Assembly: GCF_006345805.1 (NCBI RefSeq) | Contig: NC_043007.1 | Span: forward strand, 38,688,001 to 38,752,000 | Direction: 5' to 3' | DNA: 64,000 nucleotides | Origin: Octopus sinensis | Taxonomy: Eukaryota | Shown here: positions 1 through 13,958 of the stretch, in pieces | Position numbering within the stretch: position 1 is the first letter of the stretch | Layout of the letters: the number at the start of each line of letters is the position of its first letter | Notes under the pieces: generated by a model | Databases searched by the model: none | Told to the model about the DNA's origin: nothing | What the model saw: the letters and a program-made list of their open reading frames with translations, nothing else | Position numbers and translations under genes: made by a program

Positions 1-264
1 TTGTTCGTTAACCTATTCATTAAATTAGTGTATGAAGTAGTCGAGTTTTCTACAGAATACTCAACATAATCTTCAGGTACCTTCAACATAATTCTCAGGT
101 AGAATCAATTGTATAATGTGGCAAAGCCAGGCCTTTGAATTACAGGTATAGTGTCTCATAGGCTTCTATACAGTTTCCATATACTCAAATTCACTCACAA
201 AGCTTAGGTCAACCTGAGGGTGTGATAATCACACTTGTCCCAGATACCCTGTAGTGGGATTTAA

Positions 265-485
265 CCCTTTAGCTTTTAAACTGGCCATGTCTGGCCAAAA
301 TATTCTACCCATTTTTATGTTCAAACTGGTTATATCCAGCCTTTTACACCTTCCCTACAATATCATTCTCAAAATAAACAATCACATCATCGAAATCTCA
401 AAGCTACAAGGCAATGCATAATTAACCCAAAACAATGTGAATAAATAAGCATTAAATTTGACAGAGTAATATGAATACTAAAGGG
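265..485. mobile_element. piggyBac-like TTAA MITE; related copies at about 20768-20992, 49263-49482 and 52782-53001, and a SINE-split copy at about 22560-23373
   Basis: TTAA|CCCTTTAG ... CTAAAGGG|TTAA. Confidence 0.85.
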
Positions 486-789
486 TTAACTTGTGAAATA
501 ATCTTAATCACTCAACCATGCTTGTGTGTACTACAGACTTTATTGATTCTATTATAGATAGATAACATAAGTATTTTAGAGAAGTTTTACTGATACAGTT
601 TTGATACTGCTTATGGTATTTCATAGAATATATACACACACTAGCAAGCACTTAGTGTGTGGCTGAGTGGTGTTTCAAATTCCTCTGCTGTGTATTGGGC
701 AATTTCCTCCTACCATATCATTAGGTTGATCAATATTTGTGAGAGGAACTTGGTCCATGGGAACTTGGCAGAATCCAGTTGTGTGTGTG

Positions 790-832
<43 letters not shown>

Positions 833-2178
833 ACTACACATTGTATTTTAAACTAATACTGCTTCTTTCATGCGTGATGAAATATATACACGTTTGCTAA
901 CTTGTCCTGTCTATGTTGTCCTTTTCTTGTGCTCATTGCCTTATTAATATATGTACATATATGTTAAAAGGCAGACGTTACAGCAATAGATTGCTTTGAG
1001 CTGTTTGTTTCAACTATGTTGTCTGAGGTACACTATCTAGTTTCCAGTCATAGTTTGATGGGCAACTGACTTGACTCTGCTTATACCATGAATGTCATTC
1101 ACTCTCTCATTCCTTTGTTAGTTTTATTTGAGGCCTTCTATTTAAATAATAAAGAAAAAAACTACTCTGTGCATACATTCATACACAAATTATCCATAGG
1201 AGAGCTCATATATGGAAGCATACCATACTAAAAATTTCAGTCAAATCTCTTATTACCATTTTGAAAGATAAAAAAAAAGGGGCGTGTTGGACAATATAAA
1301 AGGTACACAATGTCTATGAAAAAATGGTTAAAGCTGGAATGCTTTTGGTTACAGGTTTGCTTACACAGGACTGATTTGGGGATTAAACAACCGCTCTGTA
1401 CACTGTTTGTGTGTTTACTTTCACCAGATAATACTGGAGCATTAAGCAAGATTTTTCCAACAATTCAAATCGCATCTCTACAGATCACTGGTTTAGCTTG
1501 AGCTAACAAGGAAGCTACTACCTGCCAGAAATAACAGCCAAGTCTCCATCATACCACAATTTGCTGTCTTAAAGAAGGAAAGACATTGAATGATGATGTA
1601 GTTCTAGATGTATTAAGCCAAGGAAAAAAAAGATTGAATAGCCAGTCTGGAATACCTTTTGATCATAAGTCTTTGTGATCAGGTCTGACCTTGGGTTAAA
1701 CAACATTTTCTCTAGTTGGATTTTGTTGCTGAGTTTTTATCAGTTTTCCTCTTCTTTCACAGAATTCTTTCCTGTAAAACTGTTTACAGAGAGCTTCTAC
1801 TGTTGATGTTTAGAACTCAAGACAACTGTAGTGAAAGGCATTCTAGCCATGGCCATCATATCAAGAATACATTATCTGATTTGTCCTTCCTTTATTGAGA
1901 TGCTTATGTGAGATCTGAAGGAGATTGTACTAGCTGGTTGGGTTATTGCATAACCTCTCACTACATGGTGTATCAACTTTGTTTCTTCTCTACATGGTAA
2001 TATTCTGTATATCTACCATGCCTGCTCTTCTCACTTGTATGCAATATGTAGGTGTATGTATGTGTTGGTGGTGGTGGTATACTCCCAACAAGCTGAGTCT
2101 GTTGCACTGGTTTTATTTCTGGTTAAACAAATTTCACTTCTGTTACTCTGTAAATGCATGATTTCTGGCTGCTGACAG

Positions 2179-2193
2179 TGGAGAGAGATGGCG
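2179..2193 (+). other. Candidate 15-nt microexon, host gene unknown
   Basis: About 80-nt AG-free region, then ctgctgacag|TGGAGAGAGATGGCG|gtaaga. Confidence 0.35.
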
Positions 2194-2919
2194 GTAAGAA
2201 CAGGGATCTGCACGATTGATTTGGCCTCTGACAGACTAAACAATGCAAAGCCAGTGATCTATTAAAGATTGAGTATTTTCATCATGCATGCATGTGTGTG
2301 TTGTGTGTTTGCATATATATATAATTACCAGTTGTCCGTTGACGTAACTATAACATTGCAAATCCTTGCTGAACAGTTTTTATTTCAGAGATTTCCTTCT
2401 AGATGGTTTGTCTTCACTGCAGCTTGTGAGCACCATCTACCCTTGACTATATTGGATGGCTGGACTCTACTGGGTTACTCCGCCCTTTGACAGGTCTTGC
2501 TTTTCATCCCTAGAGTGTCCAAAAATCACCCTCCTCACCAATCAAGCTTGGTGGGTTTGCTGGCTTAGTCACCTATAATCTGACCATAGAATAGGTTGTG
2601 TATATGTGTGCAGTGCATGTATTATACAAATAAACAACAGTATTTTGAGAAAAATAACACCACCATAGGTCTAATATTTTACTTATATCGGAATTTGCTA
2701 TTATATTGTTTTTATCTTTCATAAAAAAAATAAAATTTTTTTTTATATCTTATGAGTGCAGACATGACTGTAGTTAAGTTAATTTTACAATCTCTTTGGC
2801 TTCATGTTGGATCTTCTGTGCTGCACTGTGAGCAAGTGTTTTTTTATCTTAGCATCAGGTTGGCCAGTATCTTGTGAGTAAAAATTTGGTAGATGGAAAT
2901 CATGTGGAAGCCTGACATT

Positions 2920-2960
<41 letters not shown>

Positions 2961-3257
2961 GTATACATATGTATATGTGTAAGTTGTAATAATGTAGTCA
3001 AACTAAATAGTGATATTTTGAAATCATCTGATAGGTTTGCTTCAGGCTCCAGTACAAACTAACCAGTCGAGACTTATGTGGATACTTTAACAACGATTTG
3101 GAGTAGTTTGTTATATTTGACTGGAGTTGAAAATTTGGGGACTGTTCACCACTTAGGAAGGTTTACATAACGGATGCATTTCCTATTATAGGTACGCAAA
3201 CTTGAAACACATTAAATGATTTCAAAATATTACTATTTGGTTTGGCTTCACTATTAC

Positions 3258-3325
<68 letters not shown>

Positions 3326-6300
3326 CACACACACACATAAAAGCATGTGGTTTTGTGCTGAAGGTATTTGGTTCACCTTCATAAAGAAGAGGGTTCAAAT
3401 CCATGACTAAGTAGCATATTGTCTCCTTTGAACGAGGCACTTCGTTTTTAGTTACTTCAGTTTACTCAGCTAAAAATGAATATCAGCCCAGTGCTGGTAC
3501 TCATTTTCTATTTCTCTTTGCCTGTCGCATCTTGGATGTTCTGCTGGACCAAAGTGAGGGGTGCCAAGAGAGTGTCTGTGTCTGCTCACAACTGCATAGG
3601 CACCTAAAGCAATTAGCGAAAGCATGTTGTATGATACCATGTCATACTTGTTAGTGATAACCATGTTTTATACATACATATATATTTGTGTGTGTGTGTT
3701 TATTGTATATTTTTTGCCAATATATATTGGTAAATGTGTGTGTGTGTATAAATATATATATTTAGTAGCCTTTACCAATGTATATTGGTCAGAAAATATT
3801 TGTTCAACACTGAGATGGGGACACACTCTCATCACACTTGCTGCCGTCAAGAAGATAATGAAGCAGTGATTGTCCTGTTGGAAACCTTCAACCAACAGTA
3901 TCATTCTTCACCTGTGGCATTACAAAATAAAATAAGATTTAAAATGTGTATAAGATTAAGGAGGAAGAGAAAAAGAATGACAAATTGGTTACAGAATCTC
4001 TCTGATTAATCAAAAATCTATACATTTCATACATCCAGCATAATATTTAGAACTTCACTCTTTTTTTTTTTTATAAATCATTGATCTTTTGTATTTTTTT
4101 TTAATATTAAATATTTCTGATGCAAGTTGGTTAAAATCCCTTCAAAAGAAATCTTATGTATGTTTGTGTGTCTGTATGTATGTTTGGTAATTATCTATGG
4201 GAGATACCTCATCATAAAAAAAATATTATTCAGATAATATTAAATGTTCATACAATTGGTTAGTTTCTCAGGGAAGACTTTTTCCATCTTGCCTGAAAGA
4301 TGTCTTAAAAAAATATATACAAATATATATATAATATAATATAATATTACAAGAAGAAAGAAAGAAAAAAACATTCATAAAAAAAAAACGTTCTCATGAT
4401 TTATTAGACTTGCAATAAATGGCAGTTCATCATTTTATGGCTTTTATGCAAAATAGGTTGTTTTCATTTATTTTATTTTATTTATTTGTTACAAAAAAAA
4501 ACATTAAATTTCCTTGTTAAAAGTACATTGCTGGAGTTATTAGATAAATTTCAATTAGGTTATTTTTAATTGGTAGAAAAACAATTATAAACATGCTGTT
4601 TGCCCTGTCCTTTGTATTGTATATCTAGAACTACACTGTCTAATGTGCTCTTCCATTTTCCAAAACAGAAAAAGTGAAGTGAGACCTAGCTGCTATTTCT
4701 AGCAAGTAGTGTGATGTAAAACAGGAGGCATGGTCAATCATTTCTTAGATGTGGGCTGCATGAGACATAAGTCATTATCAGGTACTAAAAAGATTCAAGG
4801 TAATGTTTTAAGTGTGCCATTCACAAAATCTTGTGGGTCACAGTTTGCCCATGACTGATGTAAAAGCTCTCTGCTGAGCTTGACAATTATGTGGATACCA
4901 GAAGTATATATTCAAACCATGATTATTTTTGTTCAGCCATCATACTCGGGTTAACAGTCCTCATCCATAGGTTCTTAGTGCAAGCAGCCAAGAAAGTCTG
5001 GCTGCAGAAATCCTTGAGTATGAGTTTGTTCTTCAGCCTAAGGTCAGTCATGATCAAGCAGATTTGCAATCAAAGGTATTCCAGAAAATAAGCATCCTCC
5101 TTTAGTGAGTCAAGAGAACATTCCTTATACTAAGGTTATATGGTTGGGTGCCTGGCTCAGTGGTGAGAGCATGGGGCTTAAAGTTGTGAGTTTGATTTCC
5201 AGACTGGGCTGTGTGTTGTGTTGTGTTCTTAAGCAAAACAGTTTATTTCACTTTGCTCAGTTCACTCAACTGTAGAAATGAGTTGCAACGATGTCACAGG
5301 TGCCAAACTGCATCAGCCTTTGCCGACATTGGTGGCATGGAGAGAGGAGACTGGTATGTATGGGTAACTGCTGGTCTTCCACAAACAACCTTGCCCAGAC
5401 ATTGTACCCTGGAGGGGAACTTTCTAGGTGCAAACTCATGGCTATTTGTGGCTGAAGGGAGTCTCAACCCTTACAGTTGGGTGTCACTTACCACTATATT
5501 ACATATGTAAGACCCAACTCTGTCTTGTTTAGTACCAAGTTAGCCCATGATAAAAGGCTTGTAGAATTACATAACTTCTCCAAATAATTATGGATGTGTA
5601 GTATAGGAGTTCAGTTTACAAGCATGTGATCCTATATTCACTCTCATTGTGGAGTGCCTTGGATAAGCGCTCTCTGCTAATGCTTCAGGCTGACCAATTC
5701 CTTGTGATTGAAATTGCATGGAAGACGTATGTGTGTGTGTGGTTGATGAAATAAATACCCCTCCTCCAAAATTTCAGGCCTTGTTCCTATAGTAGAAAGG
5801 ATATGTGTGTGTATGTAACGTGGCTGTTGCCAGCCTCGCCTGGCACCTGTGCCGGTGACACGTAAAAAGCACCCACTACACTCACGGGTGGAGCCTGGTG
5901 CAGCCTCCTGGCTTCCCAGACCCTGGTTGAACTGTCCAACCCATGTTAGCATAGAAAACGGATGTTAAACGACGATGATGATGATTATATATATATATAA
6001 TATATATATATATATATTATATAGTGTGTGTGGCTAAATGGTTAGGGTAGTTGGCTCTAGATCATGAGTTTGATACCTGGTGGTGTATTGTGACCTTGAG
6101 CAAGAAACTTTGTTTCATGTTGCTCCAGCCCACTCAACTGGCAAATATGAATAGTGCCTGCATTTCAAAGGGCCAGTCTTGTCACATCCCCTTTCTTGCT
6201 GGATCTCCCTGAGAACTATGTTAAGGGTAGATGTATTTGTGGAGTGCTCAACCACTTGCATGTTAATTTCATGAGGAAGCTGTTTCATTGATCATATCAG

Positions 6301-7692
6301 TTGGAACTCTTGTCATTATTGTGTTTAAATTTCTGATGAGCATTAGGTCCCATAGCAGGTGCAGACATGTCTGTGTGGGCAAGAAGTTTGCTTCCCAACC
6401 ACATGGTTTTGGGTTTGGTTCCATTCTGCAGCACCTTGGGCAAGTGTCTTTTACTATAGCCTCAGGCCAACTAAAACCTTGTGAGTGGATTTGGTAAGAG
6501 GAAGCTCCATCATGTGTATATGTGTGTGAAAGTGCTTGTGCCTCCTTAACATTGTGCTCTGAAATTAGTGAAATAATAGCAACCTTATTTGTAAGACAAG
6601 AAAGGGTTGGTGACAGGAAGAGCATCTAACTGTAATAATACTTCCTCCAAAAAATTAAAAAAAAAAACTAACCACCCAAACTGTGCCAGCATGGAAAAAT
6701 AATGAAAAATGAACCTGAAATGAATGAATATATGTGTGAGTATATCTTTTTTTTTTTACTTGTTTCAGTCATTAGACTGTAGCCATGCTGGAGCACCTCT
6801 TTGGAGAATTCTTGGTCAAGTGAATTAACCCCAGTACTTAAATTTTTTGCTAATCCTGATACTTATTCTATCAATCTCTTTTGCAAAACCGCTACGTTAC
6901 AGGGACATAAACATTTCAATACCAGTTGTCAAGCAGTGGTGCAGGACAGAAGCAGATTCAATGACACACACACACATGACGGGCTTCTTCCAGTTTCTGT
7001 CTACTAAATCCACTCAAGGCTTTGCTCAGCTTGAGGCTTGCCTAAGGTGCTATGCAGTGGGACTGAACCTAGAACCATGCTTGCACCTACATATATATAT
7101 ATATATATATATAGGTGCATGGAGAGTGGGCATTAAATGATGATATATATATAATGTACTGATCTGTGATAGAAAATTCAACAAAAACAGTACTCCATCT
7201 GGTGAGAAATAAATATTTAAAAGTCGCAGTACATGTATTAAAGCACTACTAATTGTGGTTTGCACCTGAAGAATATGTTTGAGTTTTTTTCAACATATGA
7301 AACTTAGTAGCATTTTAATACATGTATTGTGACCTTTAAATAAATTTTATATATATATAGGCAATAATTTGATAGCTCTGTGTCAGCAAGACTTGAAATA
7401 ATATGGGAAAAAGTGAAAGGGGGACAGTGAACTTGCTGTGAGGAGTGGAATATCCAACGTTTCGGATTCAATTCTTCGTCAGGAGCTGGAGAAAAACGTC
7501 AAACAGTTTACATCCTCTTAGCTGAGAGAATGTAAATTCTGTTTGACATTTTTCTTCTCTTTTTCTCTGCCCTCTGACGAAGGATTGAATCAGAAATGAT
7601 GGATATTGCACCCCTTTCATTTTTTCCATATATGTGTGTGTAAATATATATATATGTATGTGTATATATATATATATATACACACACACGTA

Positions 7693-8698
7693 TTGGGTCA
7701 TTCCATAAATAATGCAGATTTTTAAATAATTTATTTTTGAAAATTAAGATAAACAAAGTTCTTTTTCAATCTAAAATATACTCTCTATTTTCTACAATGC
7801 TTTTCCATCTACCTGGTAGACTTGCAAGGCTCTTCCAAAATTCACTTGTCCGTGATGAAAAGTTCTCCAATACTATTTTGATCTTGTCTACAGAATTCAT
7901 ATCTTTTCCGTCCAAATGATTTTAAAGATTGTGGAATAAATGATAATCAGATGGGGCGCTGTCCGGTGAATGTGGTCAGTGGTGCATCATTTCCCCTTCA
8001 AACTGCTTTGTTATCATTTGTTTGGGTTTAAAAGTTCAAGGTGGACTAAATCTTTCATATCTCACCAAACAGATAACAACACCTTATGTGGGTGAAGACG
8101 TTTTTTAGCCAAGGGTGCTGGTGTTTCTCCTTTCCTTGTCTAATGTCTTTGGCACTTGACATTTTTATAGAGAACTCATTTCTTTTCACCAGTTGCTATT
8201 TGGTCCAAAAAAGGTTAATTTGTGAGACATAACAGCAAAGAAGAGCACACATTCACCCTATGCGCACAATTAGACTTGGAAAGTTTATGAGGAACCCATT
8301 TACCCAATTTGCTGACTTTTCTGGTGGCACGCAGGTATTGATGAATGATTGAATATCCAAATCCAAGCTTCTCTGCTAGTTCTTCAACAGTTACAATGGG
8401 ATTTTGTTCCACCAAGGTTTGCAGGGTGTCCTCAACAAGCTCTACAGATCTAGGATTAGGCCTGTCTGCTAGACTAGTTTCCAACTCGGAATTTCTGTAA
8501 CCACGATTGACTCTGGCTTACGCTTATTGTCTGATCCCCATATACTGCACTTTCCATTGCATTGTTGCTTTTATTGTACTCATAAAACAAAATATACCAA
8601 ATATGCTCCTTTGTCACTTCCATTATAGCTTTGAAAAAATAACTGTTAAAATTGAACGGCACTCTTCAAAACTTGCACTAAGAATAAGTTGATTTTTT
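7693..8698 (-). mobile_element. Decayed Tc1/mariner transposon (transposase pseudogene)
   Basis: Minus-strand fragments KLGKWVPHKLS, HSPDSAPSDYHLFH and SLPGRWKSIVENREYI. TA followed by the TTGGGTCATTCCATAAATAATGC terminus at 7693. Multiple frameshifts. Confidence 0.9.
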
Positions 8699-11030
8699 AC
8701 TTTCCACAAGGGGACAACATAGAAAAGGACAACACAATCTGATTGGGGTCAGGTGAACGAATGGTTATTACATTAATATGAAGTTAAAAATTCACAAAAT
8801 AAAAATATAAGGAAATCGAATGATAGGACAGACTGGAAGACATTACAGATGCAGTGGGGAGGCAGGTTTAATTCGGACCCCACAAGCCCTGCCTCACCAT
8901 TGATACCCGAGGCATGTCCTGTGCTGCATTCATGAGGTTACATTCACACGCAACATCTGCGTTACATTCTTCCATTAATTTTCAAACATTTTCACAGTCA
9001 GGCATTTTCTCTCTAGCCTTATCTTCCTTTTAAGGTGAAAGGTGAAGTAATTCATCAATTCAGGGCCAGAGATGAAGGTACCTGACTTTAATCCTTTCAG
9101 CCTCGTCTTCCAAATCACTTCTCTCGCAATTGCTACTACAATGAGAAAACAAATTCTTTCCTTCTTTCGAAAGGAAATCAAGCGGGTCAATTTTTACTAT
9201 AGACTCAGTCAATATCTGTACTCTTCTTGCACTTGACAACAGTTGTTCAGCATAAACCCACACATCTGACACCTCTGAACATTGAACTATAGCATGCGGA
9301 ACGGTTTTCCTATCCCGCTCGCATCTTGGACAAGTTGAAGAGCCGCGACCTCCATGCCTTGTGAGCTTGTACTGAACAGGTAAGGCTCCTTAGTAACACT
9401 GCCATGCCAGAGACTTCTGAAAGTTGTCCAGAGTCTTTAGCCTGAATATATGTCAGAACAGACTGGCCAGCTGATTATCGTTGAGACCTAGGGTTTCCAC
9501 TAAGGTATCGTCACATTCCGTCTCTACAAGCCCTTTATAAAAGAATGCGGTGGAACCTCTACTGCAGTCATTGCTCGAGTGACGGAATAGCAGGAGAGCC
9601 CTTCCACAAGAAGTGGAAGAGCTGTCTTTCTAGCTTGATTAACCATGAATCAGGGCAAGGAACAATGGTTAGGCAGTAGGTGATGACCGATGCAATGAAC
9701 ACATTGGCTACCTCCGCCCTCCCTTTCAGGGATAGCCACTGCCAAGACCAGGTCTTGACTATGTAGGTCACCCTGCCTGATACCTCGGCCCAGTTCTTTA
9801 TTTGGAGGTCTGGTCCAAACCAAACTCCTAGCAACATAATTGGACTCTCCGTTCAATGTCCCACAACGCTGTCAGGAGGCATCGACTTGCCTCTCCAGGT
9901 GCTGAGCTTCAAGCTGACTGACTTTTCTCGATTAACTTTTGCTCCTACCACCATCTCATAAACCTTAATGGCCTTGCCTACCCTCTGAAGGTGATCCATT
10001 TCTGTTACAGTGATGGTGATGTCATCCACATAAGCTGAAACCAACTTTACACAACCTAGCTGTCTTGGAATGCCGATCAATTTTTGCAGTAATGGCTCAA
10101 GAACCATTACGTACAAAAGCGAGGAGAGCAGGCATCCTTGACGAACTGAGCATTTGGTGTTGAACGGTTTCGATATGAAGCCATTCACCCAAACTACTGA
10201 GTTGATGTTATCATAAATCTGAATGATCCACCTGAGGAAGCCAAGACCCAGGCCGAACTGTGCCAGAATGGACACCATGTAGCGATGGTCAACCCTATCA
10301 AATGCCTTAGATTGGTCTAAATGGAGCAGTGCCCCACCCTTGCCAGAATTACTATCAAACCCCTCTAAAGTGTACCATATAAAATGGAGATTATCCTCGA
10401 TGGTTCTGCCGGGAACGGCACATGTCTGTGCCTACTCGATCAGACCATCCGTGACATGCACCAATCTTTTCAATAACACTTTGGCCAAAATCTTCTACTC
10501 TGCATTTAGCAGAGTGATGGGCCGAAAATTATCAATGGAATCCCCCTTGTCCGGGTCTTTGCAAAATAAACCCATTCTGTTGCCAGTTCGCGTAGACATT
10601 TGCCAGCAGGTGCTTGAACAAGTCTGGCATACTCTTATACAACTCATAGGGTAGACCATCCAGTCCTGGCACCTTACCTGCGCCCCAGTCTGCCATAGCC
10701 TTGATTACCTTCTCAGGTGTGATCGGCCCCTTCACAGCACTCCGCATCCCATTCTGATAGGTGCGGCAGCCTGGCAAGGAAGTCCGTTAGGTTCCTCCTA
10801 CTATCCAGCCTGCCGCCCCCACCGAAAAGCTGGCTGAAGTGCTCCTGAAAAGCCTCAGGTTCGTTCATCAACTTACCTTGTTGGTTTGTCAAGGATCAGA
10901 TTGTGGCATCATTACCACATTGGGCTTCCACTACTTGGGCCCATCCTGTAGCCTTGATTCCCTCACAACCCACTGCACAAAGCCTAGCACTGATAATGCA
11001 TCCACTCCTGATACCATACAACTAGTGTAA
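8699..11030 (-). mobile_element. 5'-truncated, frameshifted L1/Tx1-clade LINE (RT, C-terminal CCHC knuckle, 3'UTR)
   Basis: PGLDGLPYE, RPITLLNA, LDQSKAFDRVDH, SVRQGCLLS, SAYVDD, LSLKGRA, CPRC...HAIVQC. Confidence 0.92.
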
Positions 11031-11294
11031 TGTGATAAGGATAAAATTTCACCAACTTTTTGACATCTGCTGGCCTTAGTGAATGATTCAGTTGATAGGT
11101 CCAGGTAGGTAGAATAACAAGGGAGTCTATGTGATCATTTGGCCTGCAAGAAATAGTAGCTAAATCTTTCTCAAATTACATCCTACTGCCTTTGAAAAGG
11201 AGGAGTACATTGGTTATTACGGTCTTAAAGACACAATGCTCAATAAAAAAAGATGGGACAGTCATGGCTGGAATTCCATTGTGATCATAAGTTT

Positions 11295-11422
11295 GCTGGA
11301 TCAGAGCTGACCTGGGGCTAAAAAATCACTGGATCAGGATTGATCTAGGGTTATACAATGCCTGGATCAAGATAAATCTAAGGCTAAACAATCACTGGAT
11401 TAAGATTGGTCTGGGACTAAAA
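11295..11422. repeat. Minisatellite of about 33 bp, 4 degenerate units
   Basis: CTGGATCAG...CTAGGGCTAAACAATCA-like units. Confidence 0.7.
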
Positions 11423-12117
11423 AGTCCCAAGCTAATCTGCAATCAAGGCTGTGAAATGTATTTTTTGAATTTTACTTGTTTCAATCATTGGACTATGTCC
11501 CTGTTTGGGCACTGATTTTAAGAGTCAAAAATATTAGTGGACCCTAGTGCAAGTCAGTGGCCAAAGGAATTAGAGCTGCAGTCATCCCTTCTATTTTGAG
11601 AGCATCAAACACTACATTATCTATGTATGTTGCCAGTTGTAAGATGATATTGTGCAAATTGAAGTATATGTAGTTGCTTCTGATTGGTTGATTAACCACA
11701 TAAAGGCTATGTTCCTGTCTCAAATTTGAGAGTGTGGAGCACTGCCAAGTTTAATAATATCCAAGACACACTGTATGTTCTAACAATTGTCTTACAACTA
11801 TGTCAAGAAAAATATCATCATTATTTAATGTCTGCTTTCCAGGTTGCTATAGTCTGAGTTGGTTCTTATGTAGTGCCAATCACAAATCATGGTTTCTAAA
11901 GATATTGTCATACCCTTGGCAAAAATAAAGTGCTTGCTACATCTTACATTATCTCAGCTTGTTCATCAACCCCTTTACAGAACGTTCTGTATGAATATTA
12001 TCATAGCACCAGAATGAGTGAGGTTGCCTTGTACCTTGCAAGGCCAAAGAGCCTCACTACTCTAAGGTGGTAAATAGAAGTCAGGTTGATGACAGAAGCT
12101 GAACTACTATGAGATAG

Positions 12118-12447
12118 GCTTCACCCTTTGGTCGAACTTGACGAAGACTTGACATTTGAGTGTCTGACTATGAGTTCAATTCTGACATAAGGGCGAAACT
12201 GACTAACCTTTGAAGGCGGTGAGCTGGCAAAAACGTTAGCATGCCGGGTGAAATGCTTAGCGGTATTTCGTCTGCCGTTACGTTCTGAATTCAAATTCCA
12301 CCGAGGTCAACTTTGCCTTTCATCCTTTCGGGGTCGATAAATTAAGTACCAGTTACGCACTGGGGTTGATGTAATCGACTTAATCCCTTTATCTGTCGTT
12401 TGTCCCCTCTATGTTTAGCCCCTTGTGGGCAATAAAGAAATAAGAAA
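12118..12447 (+). mobile_element. tRNA-derived SINE (GGCGGTGAGCTGGCAG family) with an extra 5' tRNA-like leader
   Basis: B-box-like GAATTCAAATTCC; 19-bp TSD CTGAACTACTATGAGATAG at 12099-12117 and 12448-12466. Confidence 0.85.
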
Positions 12448-13697
12448 CTGAACTACTATGAGATAGTGACAGAAATGGATAGTATGTTGGTAAGAATAAA
12501 TTTATTGAGGAGAGAGGGTTTTAGATGAGAAAGAAATAGAAGAGACAGTGCTGGGAGATGTAACAGAAGAGAAACAATAATACCAGGAGTTAATGGAAGA
12601 GAGACATGTTTTATGGTGAAAGAGAGAGAGATTAATGGATAAGGATGGTGAGAAAATTAAATGGAGACAGAATGGGTGATAGAGGGATAAGAGGTTGAGG
12701 GAACAAGGGAGATGAATGAAAGAAAGATTTGATGTTGTTGTAGAGGTAGTTGTAGTTTACCACAAAAAGACACAAGGTGAAGTTGACCTTGGCAGGATTA
12801 GAACTCAGGATGCAGAGAGCTGAAACAAATACCACAAGGTATTCTATCCACCCTTCTAATGACTTCGCCACCTATGTGGAGTATTTACAGGTAGGTAAAT
12901 TATATTGATGTGAGTTGAACATCTTTGCTATGGTCACAACAGCAAGACTGTACTCGTGGTACAAACTACTCTCTCCTTCACTCCCTCTCCCCCTACCTCT
13001 TCCATCTCTCCCCCTTCTCTCTCTCTAATGTGATACCCTATCAACTCTGTTAGATGCCACCTTGTAGGTATGTAAATGCACTTACACATATTTAATATTC
13101 TTTTACTTGTTTCAGTCATTTGACTGTGACCATGCTGTAGCACCCCCTTTAGTCAAACGAATTGACCCCAGGACTTATTCTTTGTAAGCCTAGAACTTAT
13201 TCTATAAGGTGTCTTTTGCTGAACTGCTAAGTTATGGGGATGTAAACACACCAACATCAGTTGTCAAGTGATGGTGGGGGTACAAACACAGATACGCAAA
13301 TACATACACGTGTATATATATATATATCTTTACTCTTTTATTTGTTTCACTCATTTGACTGGCCATGCAGGAGCACTGCCTTTAGTCGAGCAAATCGACC
13401 CCAGGACTTATTCTTTGGAAGCCTAGTACTTATTCTATTGTTCTCTTTTGCCAAACTGCTAAGTTATGGGGACGTAAACACACCACCATCAATGTCAAGC
13501 AATGTTGGTGGGGACAAACACACACACACACACATATATATACGATGGGCTTCTTTCAGTTTCCATCTACCAAATCCATTCACAAGGCTTTGGTCAGCCC
13601 GAGGCTATAGTAGAAAACACTTGCCTAAGGTTCCACGTAGTGGGAATGAACCCGGAACCATGTGGTTGGTAAGCAAGCTTCAGATCATACTGGTTTG

Positions 13698-13958
13698 ATA
13701 AACATCATTAACCAGATATACTTAATACACATCCTCAATGTATTTGTCAGTAGGCTGCGATTCAGTATGGTGGAGATTATTCTCCCAAAGTGCAGGATGT
13801 TATAACACCTGAAAGTCATGGACAGGCGAAACATGTTTATAACTTTCAGATGTTTTAACATCTTGTGCTTTGAGAGAGCAAACTCAACACCAAATTGCAG
13901 CCTACCAGTAAATACACAAAGTATATATGTTAAGTATGTGTGGTTGATAATGTTTATT
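13698..13958. repeat. Degenerate foldback palindrome of about 260 bp
   Basis: Arms pair, e.g. GTAGGCTGC/GCAGCCTAC and GATGTTATAACACCTGAAAGT/ACTTTCAGATGTTTTAACATC. Confidence 0.75.

Noticed and set aside
56-110. Frame LNIIFRYLQHNSQ resembling SmE (NLIFRYLQN)
   Set aside because: It arises from a short tandem duplication (CAACATAAT...CAGGTA twice) next to repeat sequence, and no other SmE exons are visible.
3812-3930. Ankyrin-like fragment DGDT/HHTCCRQEDNEAVIVLLE
   Set aside because: It needs a frameshift, is a single repeat, and has no splice sites.
11295-11422. CRISPR-like spacing of short repeats (also 28252-28302, 30133-30175)
   Set aside because: These are tandem units without unique spacers, in eukaryotic DNA.
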